NCBI GenBank assembly: GCA_964582295.1
Contig: CAZOQP010000001.1
Span: 84,754 to 148,753, forward strand
Length of the DNA stretch: 64,000 nucleotides
Reading direction: 5' to 3'
Source of the DNA: an uncultured Candidatus Saccharibacteria bacterium
Lineage (GTDB): Bacteria > Patescibacteriota > Minisyncoccia > Phycocordibacterales > Zambryskibacteraceae
Shown here: piece by piece, positions 18,252 through 26,848 of the stretch
How the letters are laid out: every line of letters begins with the position of its first letter
Numbering within the stretch: the first letter of the stretch is position 1
Program-made: the position numbers and the translations under genes
Notes under the pieces: generated by a model
The model's input: only the letters and a program-made list of their open reading frames with translations
What the model was told of the DNA's origin: nothing
The model's database searches: none

Positions 18252-18839
18252 TTACTCGGATGGATGATTCTCCACGTACCCTGCTGGAAGTACTTGTGTC
18301 ATGAGACAAACGGAGTCACCGAACATATTTTCTACCTTGTTTTCTCCGTCTCGGGAAACCCTGTTCTCATGCTCATAGTAGGCCGCGGTATCCAAACGAA
18401 GGAATCTCTGGGACTCTGTTCCTTCAAGACATGGAAGGAGCGGGCCATACTCACTAGCGACAGGATTGCCCAAAGCGAAGATCCTTTGTTCCTTTTGAAG
18501 TTTTGGGAGAAGTTCCGCCAATGCAAGAAGCTCCCATATGGAAGACTTGCGTAACGGCTTCTTCATCTTCCTGCGCAATCTCATGACACTCCGAATTTCC
18601 TTCTGTACTTCGCTCCAAGAAGGCCTGAGCTGGCCTAGAGGAATGAGCTCCAAGCCAACAGAATCTACCCTTTCCCCCCTGCGAGGGAAAAGATCGGAAG
18701 TGAACATTCCTGTCGGAGAATCCTTTGTCCTCCCGGTGATGAGGTCGAAACGCCCCCGTGCCACAACTTCTTCTATTGTTTTCTGCCAGTCAACAACAGC
18801 CGAGTACTCAAGGAACAAACTCCCTATCTTTGTAGGCAT
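18252..18839 (-). CDS. Hypothetical protein
   Basis: 195-aa ORF with AGGAG SD and a downstream hairpin at 18221-18251. Confidence 0.6.
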   Translation of the reverse strand: MPTKIGSLFLEYSAVVDWQKTIEEVVARGRFDLITGRTKDSPTGMFTSDLFPRRGERVDSVGLELIPLGQLRPSWSEVQKEIRSVMRLRRKMKKPLRKSSIWELLALAELLPKLQKEQRIFALGNPVASEYGPLLPCLEGTESQRFLRLDTAAYYEHENRVSRDGENKVENMFGDSVCLMTQVLPAGYVENHPSE

Positions 18840-18908
18840 ATATCTCTCCTGGAAAAGATCTTCCTACGCTCATTAAATGCCTTTTAGCGGGCGGGGTCAA
18901 CCCCGTAA

Positions 18909-19619
18909 TCAATCAATAGGCGACAGCAGGAAAAGTGCAGCCCCCGCTATAGAAGCCGTTTCAGCCCGGAGGACAGATGGTGAGATTGAAAGCACTTCCA
19001 CTTCCTTTATTTTTGAAACGCTCACTTCCCTCTCGGTGAAACCGCCTTCGGGTCCGATGATAAGACCGACAGGCCCTTCTCCTTTTATATGCGCACTTGA
19101 AATATCTTCTCCTGCCGGATGAAGAAGCATAAGCTTCATGCCTTTGGACTCCGCAAAAACGTTCTCAAAATCTATGGGTTCACGAACTATTGGTATCTCG
19201 GCCCGGCCCGCCTGTTCTGCCGCTTCGCGAACGATCGCAAGCGCACGTTCACGCTTGAATCCTTTTTTCTCGCTCCTATCGGAAACAAATGGCAGGAAAC
19301 GTGAAACTCCGAGCTCTGTTCCCTTTTGAAGGACCCACTCCATGTTGTCCTTTTTTATAAGAGAGAAGATGAGGGTGAGTTCCCGGCGCGGTGCTGTTCT
19401 GCTTTTAGATGCAGAGAGTATCTCGCAGGTTATGGCGTTGTATCCCGCCTCCACGATAAAAGCCATGTATTCATTGCCGGAGCCGTCAAGAAGGATGAGC
19501 TGGCCTCCCACTGTCATCCGTAAGACATTCCTTATCTGGTGCACAAGCTCAGGCTCGCGAAGAATGACCCGCTTGGCCCCGCTCATATCCTCTCCTATGA
19601 AAAAACGATTAAAGCGCAT
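18909..19619 (-). CDS. rsmE: 16S rRNA m3U1498 methyltransferase
   Basis: H...VLR, QK.TELGV, EAAEQAGR, IGPEGGF, LRAETA. Confidence 0.95.
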   Translation of the reverse strand: MRFNRFFIGEDMSGAKRVILREPELVHQIRNVLRMTVGGQLILLDGSGNEYMAFIVEAGYNAITCEILSASKSRTAPRRELTLIFSLIKKDNMEWVLQKGTELGVSRFLPFVSDRSEKKGFKRERALAIVREAAEQAGRAEIPIVREPIDFENVFAESKGMKLMLLHPAGEDISSAHIKGEGPVGLIIGPEGGFTEREVSVSKIKEVEVLSISPSVLRAETASIAGAALFLLSPID

Positions 19620-19702
19620 GAGCCTAACTTACAACAAATAACGCATAACGAAAACACATTTGCTTTTGTACGTCATCTGTTATAAGTTTTAGGTTCAAAT
19701 AT

Positions 19703-20302
19703 ATGCTTATACCAACTGTTATAGAAAAAGCTTCCGGAGGAGAGCGCGCTTACGACATATATTCGCGTCTTTTGAAGGAGCGCATCATTTTCCTCGGGGG
19801 GCACATAAACGATGAGGTGGCCAACCTCATCGTGGCCCAGCTTCTTTACCTTGCCAATGAAGATTCCAAAAAAGATATTTCTCTTTATATAAACTCTCCC
19901 GGTGGCTCGGCTTCAGCAACACTTGCCATGATAGACACTATCAACCACATCAAGCCGGATGTTTCGACCGTTTGCGTGGGCTTTGCGGCATCAGGTGGTG
20001 CGTGGCTTCTTTCTTCAGGAGCAAAGGGAAAACGCTACGCCCTCCCAAATGCGGAGATAATGATCCACCAGCCGCTTGGAGGTGCGGAAGGCCAGGCATC
20101 AGACATTGAGATACAGGCAAGGCAGATCCTTGGGCTTAAGGAACGCCTGGCGCGCATAATGTCTAACAACACCGACCAGCCGATAGAAAAGATCCGCAAG
20201 GATATAGAGCGTGATTACTTTATGACGGCGGACGAGGCCGTGAAATACGGAGTGATAGACAAGGTCTACAACGGAAAAGCAAAAATAGATAGTTCAAAAT
20301 AA
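19703..20302 (+). CDS. clpP: ATP-dependent Clp protease proteolytic subunit
   Basis: [30 protein letters not shown]. Confidence 0.97.
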   Translation: MLIPTVIEKASGGERAYDIYSRLLKERIIFLGGHINDEVANLIVAQLLYLANEDSKKDISLYINSPGGSASATLAMIDTINHIKPDVSTVCVGFAASGGAWLLSSGAKGKRYALPNAEIMIHQPLGGAEGQASDIEIQARQILGLKERLARIMSNNTDQPIEKIRKDIERDYFMTADEAVKYGVIDKVYNGKAKIDSSK

Positions 20303-20463
20303 GTAAAAATTGACTTTAGAGAATAGTTCAAGTAGTGTGAAGAAGTTACTCGTAATTGGCGCCAATTCTTTATTTCCCTCCGCAATACCGACCCTCTGAC
20401 AGAGATTTTGTCTCTTCTGAAAGTCCCTAGCCCGCCCGAAAGAAATATAGGCCGTTAAACAAT

Positions 20464-21993
20464 ATGTCACTTAAGTTAGTGCTTCTCGCGGTCGCTTTGT
20501 CGGCCACAGCGGGAATCGCTTTCGGTTACTTCCTGCGCTGGGTAATTTCTCTAGGCCGCCGCGGCTCAATGGAATTCGACATCAAGCAGATGATGCTTGA
20601 GGCCAAGGAGGAATCCACAAAGATAGTATCCGAAGCGGAAAACAAAGCTGCCGAACTTTTGGAAGAAAGCAGGCAGACAGTAAAAGAAAAAGAAGAAAAG
20701 GCCCTCAAAACAGAGGACCGTCTTTTGAAGCGCGAAGAATTCCTGGACAAGCGTCAGCTTGATCTTGATTCGGAAGCAGGAACGCTTGATGAAAAAATAA
20801 CCGACGCGGAAAAGCTTAAGGAAGAAGCAGAAACCCTTCTTCTTGAAAGGCAGGCGCGGCTTGAAAAGGTCTCGGGGCTCAATCGTGAAGAAGCAAGGAG
20901 CGAGGTCCTGAAGCTCGTGGAAAAACAAGCCGAAGAAGATATAAACTCACGCATGCAGAAGCTTGAGCGCGAAGGTGTTGAAAAACTGGAATACAGGGCG
21001 CGCGACATTCTAGCTTCAAGCATTCAGCGCTTGGCAACCTCCGTGCCCGCCGAACTCCTGACGACCAACGTCCCCATTCCATCCGAGGAAGTGAAAGGTA
21101 AGATCATCGGCAAGGAAGGACGCAACATCAAAACCTTTGAACGTCTCACGGGAGTTGAGGTCATTATTGATGACACCCCGGGCTCTATTACACTCTCCTC
21201 TTTTGATCCGGTACGCAGGCAAATAGCTCGTGTAGCTTTGGAGGAGCTCATAGAGGACGGGCGCATTCAGCCGGCGCGCATTGAAGAAATGATCGCCAAA
21301 GCGGAAGAAGAGATACAGAAGATAATAAAAGAGAAGGGCGACGAAGCCTGCTACGAATGCGGAATACTCAATCTTGATCCACGTGTAGTTTCAATTCTGG
21401 GGCGTCTTCATTTTCGCACCAGCTACGGGCAGAACGTGCTTCAGCATTCCATAGAAATGTCCCACATCGCCCGCATGCTTGCGGAGGAATTAGGAGCAGA
21501 TGCGGCTGTTGCAAAAACCGCAGCTCTTCTTCATGACATAGGCAAAGCCCTGGACCATGAAGTGCCCGGTACCCACGTGGAGATAGGCCGCAGGATATTG
21601 CAAAAATTCGGCGTATCAGAGCCGGTAATAAAGGCCATGCAGGCCCACCACGGAGAATACCCATTTGAAACAGTTGAATCTATTATCGTTGAAGTGGCAG
21701 ACCATATTTCCGGAGGCCGCCCGGGAGCACGCCGCGATACGGTTGAAAACTATGTGAGGCGCCTGAAGGAACTTGAGGCCATTGCTCAGGAATTCCCGGG
21801 AGTTGAGAAATCCTACGCACTACAGGCAGGGCGCGAGATAAGGGTTTTCGTCTCCCCTACTGATGTTTCAGACATTGATGCCAAGCAGTTGGCCAGAAAC
21901 ATCGCCCTGAAAATAGAGCAATCCCTTAAATACCCGGGTGAAATAAAAATAACCGTCATCCGCGAAACGAAAGTAACGGAATACGCAAGATAA
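20464..21993 (+). CDS. rny: Ribonuclease Y
   Basis: N-terminal TM, coiled coil, KH domain (KGKIIGKEGRNI), HD domain (LLHDIGK). Confidence 0.97.
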   Translation: MSLKLVLLAVALSATAGIAFGYFLRWVISLGRRGSMEFDIKQMMLEAKEESTKIVSEAENKAAELLEESRQTVKEKEEKALKTEDRLLKREEFLDKRQLDLDSEAGTLDEKITDAEKLKEEAETLLLERQARLEKVSGLNREEARSEVLKLVEKQAEEDINSRMQKLEREGVEKLEYRARDILASSIQRLATSVPAELLTTNVPIPSEEVKGKIIGKEGRNIKTFERLTGVEVIIDDTPGSITLSSFDPVRRQIARVALEELIEDGRIQPARIEEMIAKAEEEIQKIIKEKGDEACYECGILNLDPRVVSILGRLHFRTSYGQNVLQHSIEMSHIARMLAEELGADAAVAKTAALLHDIGKALDHEVPGTHVEIGRRILQKFGVSEPVIKAMQAHHGEYPFETVESIIVEVADHISGGRPGARRDTVENYVRRLKELEAIAQEFPGVEKSYALQAGREIRVFVSPTDVSDIDAKQLARNIALKIEQSLKYPGEIKITVIRETKVTEYAR

Positions 21994-22149
21994 TAGGAAA
22001 TAGTATGCCGGTTTGGTCAATGTTCACAGCAAAAAGACGGCTGTCTTGCGCGCTTCTTTAGGAAAAGTACAATAAGACCATCCTAGATCCTCCCTTTTGG
22101 CGGAGACGGGAAAGCGGGTCGACTTAAAAGGATAATAAGTTGCCACAAA

Positions 22150-22422
22150 ATGAACAAAGCTACTATTGTTGAACAGGTTTACGCAAAGATCGGCGGAACG
22201 AAAGTTGCAGCCGAACAGGCAGTTGAAACAGTCATTGACTGCATCGTTAACACTTTGAAAAAGGGCGGCGAAGTGTCCATGGCGGGCCTCGGTATCTTCT
22301 CCACGAAGACCAGAGCCGCAAGGCAGGCACGCAATCCGCGCACAGGCGCCACGATTTCAGTTCCGGCTATGCGCGTGCCCAAGTTCAGAGCGGCCAAAGC
22401 CCTCAAGGACGCGGTCAGATAA
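22150..22422 (+). CDS. hup: HU family DNA-binding protein
   Basis: MNK, G.G.F, R.AR.ARNPRTG..I..PA..VPKF. Confidence 0.95.
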   Translation: MNKATIVEQVYAKIGGTKVAAEQAVETVIDCIVNTLKKGGEVSMAGLGIFSTKTRAARQARNPRTGATISVPAMRVPKFRAAKALKDAVR

Positions 22423-22440
22423 TCGCTCCCGCTTTCCAAA

Positions 22441-22473
22441 AGAAAAACCCGCCAACATCTGGTGGGTTTTTCT
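22441..22473. terminator. Bidirectional terminator between HU and tRNA-Gly
   Basis: agaaaaaccc/gggtttttct stem. Confidence 0.7.
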
Positions 22474-22481
22474 TTTATCTG

Positions 22482-22552
22482 TGCGGGACGGGAGAATCGG
22501 ACTCCCACCTACAGTTTGGAAAACTGTCGTTCTACCACTAAACTAGTCCCGC
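22482..22552 (-). tRNA. tRNA-Gly(TCC)
   Basis: Anticodon arm acagt-ttTCCaa-actgt; T-loop TCCGATT. Confidence 0.93.
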
Positions 22553-22574
22553 TTTATGAGCTTTTGAATTATAA

Positions 22575-22862
22575 CTACTCTGCCAATTTCTGCACCTCTT
22601 CAAAATTATCTTCCGGCCGTATGGCCGCATTTCGTTTGAAGCCGCATGAGATGCATTTGTGAATGATCGCAATAGCCACTCCCCCTTTCGTTTCCACCCC
22701 CACCGGTTTCATCATCCCTTCACATAGCTCTGCCCTGTCTCCGGGGTCAACATCCACATGCTTAGACCAGAGGCATTTCGGACAATGGTTGGTATACCCA
22801 TTCCCCTTCACCTCATTCCCGCAATTTTCGCAAATAAAATTTTCTTTGGTCCTTAAAAACAC
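22575..22862 (-). CDS. RNHCP-domain zinc-binding protein
   Basis: F.CENCG, YTNHCPKCLWSKHVD, PGDR...C.G.M, H.C..CG; GTG start just after tRNA-Gly(GCC). Confidence 0.85.
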   Translation of the reverse strand: MFLRTKENFICENCGNEVKGNGYTNHCPKCLWSKHVDVDPGDRAELCEGMMKPVGVETKGGVAIAIIHKCISCGFKRNAAIRPEDNFEEVQKLAE

Positions 22863-22866
22863 TTTG

Positions 22867-22937
22867 TGCGGCCAGGGAGAATCGGACTCCCATCTCGTCC
22901 TTGGCAAGGACGCGTTCTACCACTAAACCATGGCCGC
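22867..22937 (-). tRNA. tRNA-Gly(GCC)
   Basis: Anticodon arm gtcct-tGCCa-aggac; T-loop TCCGATT. Confidence 0.93.
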
Positions 22938-22987
22938 GCATTAAGAACTCTAGCAAAAAAGCACTCCCCTCTCAATTATCAATTATG

Positions 22988-23058
22988 TCGGGCTGCTGGG
23001 AATCGAACCCAGTTCTTGCGAACCCGAATCGCATATACTACCGGTGTACTACAGCCCG
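22988..23058 (-). tRNA. tRNA-Pro(CGG)
   Basis: Anticodon arm tgcga-ttCGGgt-tcgca; TTCGA T-loop. Confidence 0.93.
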
Positions 23059-23144
23059 TCTGTAGAACCTTCAGAATATATCACACAGGCCTTAAATAAA
23101 CATAAATTGAGAGTTTATCGGCTGTAACGTATGATGGCTCACAC

Positions 23145-23216
23145 GCACCCGTGGTGAAATGGATATCACAACGGTCTTCGGAACCGTTGTTGTGGGTTCG
23201 AATCCTGCCGGGTGCA
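23145..23216 (+). tRNA. tRNA-Arg(TCG)
   Basis: Anticodon arm acggt-ctTCGga-accgt; GTTCGAATC. Confidence 0.93.
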
Positions 23217-23237
23217 CACGCGAGAAAAACGCACTAG

Positions 23238-23308
23238 CGGGATGTAGTATAGCGGCAGTATTTACCCATGGGGTGGGTAAGGCCCGGGTTCAATTCCCGG
23301 CATCCCGA
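23238..23308 (+). tRNA. tRNA-Pro(GGG)
   Basis: Anticodon arm taccc-atGGGgt-gggta; GTTCAATTC. Confidence 0.93.
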
Positions 23309-23358
23309 AATATCTAATTCCGTGCGCTCATGCCAAAACTTTGGCACTATGTAGGCAG

Positions 23359-23429
23359 CGGGACGTAGTATAGTGGCAGTATATATGCTTTGGGAGCATA
23401 GGGTCCGAGTTCGATTCTCGGCGTCCCGA
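23359..23429 (+). tRNA. tRNA-Pro(TGG)
   Basis: Anticodon arm tatgc-ttTGGga-gcata; GTTCGATTC. Confidence 0.93.
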
Positions 23430-23660
23430 AATCAGAAAACAGAATGTGTCCGATTGGTGTCCTAAAGAAAAATGAACCTTTTCACTCCCCTTCCGGAAAA
23501 ACGGCTCTACAGCAAAGAAATTCCACAATATATTCTTTATTTGGGAATGGAATCTGTGGATAAACTTGGGGACATGTGTATTAGAAAGCTTGACTGTCCT
23601 ATAGCTTTATTGCAAAAAGTGGCTGTGGTTAGCCATTTTTGCTTTTGGGTCTCTCACATA

Positions 23661-23676
23661 TGTTTCACGTGAAACA
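23661..23676. promoter_or_regulatory. parS: parS centromere site (perfect consensus)
   Basis: TGTTTCACGTGAAACA; five near-matches at 23775, 23896, 24143, 24922 and 25067. Confidence 0.9.
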
Positions 23677-23722
23677 TATGAGTAATGGTCATTACTAGCT
23701 ATGTAGACGCTCTACTCAACCA

Positions 23723-24106
23723 ATGCTTACACCTAAGAAAATCATAGGTAATAAGGGGGAGGAGCTCGTGGCAAAGTTTCTCGTGAAACAAGGATTCAAG
23801 ATTATGGAGAGAAACTACTTGAGACCATGGGGTGAGATAGATATTGTGGCTAAAAATAAGGGGATTGTGCACTTTATAGAGGTCAAAGCGCAGGAGGTTT
23901 CACATGAAACAGCCGGCCGTAAAGGCTGCTACAGGCCTGAAGATCATATGCACCCATGGAAAGTAAAGAGGTTTAAAAGGATCATAGAAACATGGATTAT
24001 GGACAAGGACTATGAAGGGGAATGGCAGTTAGCCGTAGCCATCGCCTACGTTTCTGAAGATCCAACTCTGCAGTCGATAGAAATGTTCTGGGATGTTGTA
24101 TTCTAG
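23723..24106 (+). CDS. yraN: YraN-family nuclease-like protein
   Basis: G..GE..V..FL...G..I.ERNY...GEIDIVA....FIEVK. Confidence 0.92.
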   Translation: MLTPKKIIGNKGEELVAKFLVKQGFKIMERNYLRPWGEIDIVAKNKGIVHFIEVKAQEVSHETAGRKGCYRPEDHMHPWKVKRFKRIIETWIMDKDYEGEWQLAVAIAYVSEDPTLQSIEMFWDVVF

Positions 24107-24116
24107 CTAGAGAAAT

Positions 24117-25586
24117 ATGGCAACTTTTCCAATACCCGAACCTGTTTCACGTGTAACAAAAACCCTTACGGATAAGGGTTTTGAGGCATACCTTGTAGGC
24201 GGATGTGTGCGCGATTTATTCCGCGGAGAAACCCCAAAAGACTGGGACGTGGCCACCAATGCAGTGCCTGAAGAGATAGTTGCCATTTTCCCTAAGACTT
24301 TTTATGAAAATTCCTTTGGCACTGTAAGCGTAGTTCAGGAGGATGTAGTAGATGAGCGCCTGAAGGTGATAGAAGTCACCCCTTACCGCACTGAAGGGCC
24401 CTACACAGACAAAAGGCGGCCAGACACCGTATCTTTTGCAAAGCATTTAGAAGATGACCTGTCCCGAAGGGATTTCACTATAAACGCTTTAGCATATTCA
24501 GTGGAGAAAGATGAGCTTATAGACCTCTTTGAAGGGCGAAAAGACCTTATTTCAGGCCATATAAGGGCAGTGGGGAATGCAAAGGAACGCTTCAATGAAG
24601 ACGCCTTGAGAATACTCAGAGGAATACGTCTTCATGCAGAACTTGGGTTTGGTATAGATCCAGAAACCCTCACTGCAATGGGAGAAACTTCAGAACTTTT
24701 GTCTTTTATAGCTAAGGAGCGCATAAAGGACGAATTTAGCCGCATCATCAATTCTCCCAATCCGTCTTTGGGATTAATTTTGTCCGATAGGGTAGGGGCC
24801 CTGACATATATCATTCCAGAGCTTTTGGAAGCCAAAGATATAGCCCAGAACCAGGCACATTCCTTTGATGTTTTCACTCATCTTATGAAATCTTTGGATC
24901 ATGCCGCCCATAAGAAGTATGAGTTTCACGTGAGACTTTCTGCCCTCCTTCACGATATAGGCAAGCCGGCTTCCCGTAGGTGGAGTGATGAGAAAGGGGA
25001 CTGGACTTTCTATGGCCACGAGGTGGTAGGGGCAAGAATGGCTAAAAATATACTTGAAAGACTGAAGTTTTCACGTGAAACAATCACAAAAGTTGTTACC
25101 TTGGTGCGCTGGCATATGTTTTTCTCTGATACGGAGCAGATAACCCTTTCGGCCGTCAGGAGGCTTGTATCTAACGTTGGCAAGGATTTGGTGTGGGACC
25201 TCATTGCAGTGCGCCAGTGCGACAGAATAGGCACAGGGAGGCCCAAGGAAAGCCCTTATCGCCTGCGCAAGTTCCAGTCAATGATAGAGGAAGTGATGAG
25301 AGACCCTGTTTCCGTAGGTATGCTTGCAGTGGATGGAAAAGACCTTATGGAAACGTTTGAGGAGAAGCCGGGCCCTCGCATCGGCTTTATACTTCACGCC
25401 CTTTTGAATGATGTTCTGGACGACCCTTCTAAAAATACAAAGGAAACCCTTATTAAACAGGCAGAAAAATATCACACCCTTGATGATGAGACCCTGAAAA
25501 AACTAGGGGATGAGGGGAAGATGGCTAAAAGCAAGGAGGAGATGGAGGAATTGGCAAAAATACGTTCTAAATACAAGGTTTCTTAA
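24117..25586 (+). CDS. cca: CCA tRNA nucleotidyltransferase with HD domain
   Basis: YLVGGCVRD, DWDVAT, RRDFTINA, EDALRILR, LLHDIGK. Confidence 0.95.
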   Translation: MATFPIPEPVSRVTKTLTDKGFEAYLVGGCVRDLFRGETPKDWDVATNAVPEEIVAIFPKTFYENSFGTVSVVQEDVVDERLKVIEVTPYRTEGPYTDKRRPDTVSFAKHLEDDLSRRDFTINALAYSVEKDELIDLFEGRKDLISGHIRAVGNAKERFNEDALRILRGIRLHAELGFGIDPETLTAMGETSELLSFIAKERIKDEFSRIINSPNPSLGLILSDRVGALTYIIPELLEAKDIAQNQAHSFDVFTHLMKSLDHAAHKKYEFHVRLSALLHDIGKPASRRWSDEKGDWTFYGHEVVGARMAKNILERLKFSRETITKVVTLVRWHMFFSDTEQITLSAVRRLVSNVGKDLVWDLIAVRQCDRIGTGRPKESPYRLRKFQSMIEEVMRDPVSVGMLAVDGKDLMETFEEKPGPRIGFILHALLNDVLDDPSKNTKETLIKQAEKYHTLDDETLKKLGDEGKMAKSKEEMEELAKIRSKYKVS

Positions 25587-25612
25587 AATCCCAGGATAAA
25601 CCTGGGATTTTG
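25586..25612. terminator. Terminator after cca
   Basis: aaaatcccagg/cctgggatttt. Confidence 0.7.
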
Positions 25613-25670
25613 GGATTGGATGGGAGATTAAGTTTCACATTGTTTCTACCGTTTCACACTAAACATACAT

Positions 25671-25890
25671 AAACAAAACACCCGCCGCAGTTGCGACAGG
25701 TGTGGTGGAAGGGCGATCGAGATAGGTGCAGGTGCACTCTCTGCGACCCAAAAATTTTAGATGTTTGACGGTGCTGTGAGTTTAAGCGCCCGACATATCA
25801 AGATCGTCTTCCGGCGCGATCGGGCCATAAGGATCTACTGCGTTGGCGATCCTTGAGGGATTGGGTCTCAATTTCTGCCAAGCTTCTAGC
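25671..25890 (-). ncRNA. Candidate structured ncRNA (about 215 nt)
   Basis: Upstream TAGACA-16-TATCAT, several nested stems, GU-containing terminator with T-tract on the minus strand. Confidence 0.5.
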
Positions 25891-25978
25891 CAACATGATA
25901 TACCTAAAGGACAAAATGTCTATGTGGATAACTCAAGGATAAAAGACATTTTGTCCTTTAAATCTAAAAGACGGGCGA

Positions 25979-26749
25979 CTATATTTTTACCTCAAGCTCT
26001 ATAGGACAGTGATCTGAACCGTATATGTTGCTCCACATAAAGCTGTTCTTCACTTTAGGCATTAGCTCTTTAGTAACCACAAAGTAGTCTATTCTCCAGC
26101 CAACATTGCGGTCTCTGGAAAAGCTTTTTTGGTCCCAGTATGTATAAGCCTGCTTTTCATCCGGATGAAGGTGGCGAAAAGTGTCTATGTATCCATGGGA
26201 AAGGAATTTACTCATCCAGGCACGCTCAATAGGGAGAAATCCCACGTGATTGGCATTCTCCTTGGGGCGAGCGATGTCTATTTCGGTATGGGCCACGTTC
26301 ACGTCGCCGCAAACTATGATGTTCTTGTGCTTTTTCCGGAGTTTTTCAGTGAATTTCAAAAATGCTTCGTAAAATTCCAGTTTGTATTTGAGGCGCTCCG
26401 CTGGGCCGCCTCCATTCGGGAAGTAGGTATTTATAAGTACGAAATCCTCATAAATGGCAGTGAGCATCCGACCTTCTTTGTCTAATTTTTCAATACCCAA
26501 GCCGTAAATTACTTCTTTGGGTCTTTCTTTGCTGTATATAGCTACTCCGCTATAGCCCTTTTTCTCTTTAGGCCAGTCAAAAAAAGTGAAGTAACCCTCG
26601 GGCGATGCAAGTTCCGGTGGTATCTGATCAACGCTCGCCTTGGTTTCCTGGAGGCAAATGATGTCCGGAGATTGTTTGAAGAACCACGCGAAGTCGTCGT
26701 TTTTGTGGCTTGCACGTATACCATTCACATTCCAGGAGATGATGCGCAT
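25979..26749 (-). CDS. xth: Exodeoxyribonuclease III
   Basis: ISWNVNG, CLQETK, GD.NVAH, YTYW, GWRIDY, SDHCP. Confidence 0.97.
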   Translation of the reverse strand: MRIISWNVNGIRASHKNDDFAWFFKQSPDIICLQETKASVDQIPPELASPEGYFTFFDWPKEKKGYSGVAIYSKERPKEVIYGLGIEKLDKEGRMLTAIYEDFVLINTYFPNGGGPAERLKYKLEFYEAFLKFTEKLRKKHKNIIVCGDVNVAHTEIDIARPKENANHVGFLPIERAWMSKFLSHGYIDTFRHLHPDEKQAYTYWDQKSFSRDRNVGWRIDYFVVTKELMPKVKNSFMWSNIYGSDHCPIELEVKI

Positions 26750-26848
26750 AGGCATAACTTACCGAAATAACTAACAACTAACAACCTGTAATACAAAACA
26801 ACAGGGGCCGGGCCTCTGTTGTTTTGTTAAAAACGAAAGTTGTCGTGA

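Noticed and set aside
25696-25730. TCCACCA on the minus strand suggesting a tmRNA 3' end
   Set aside because: No preceding T-arm (GTTCRA) and no tmRNA-like 5' acceptor strand
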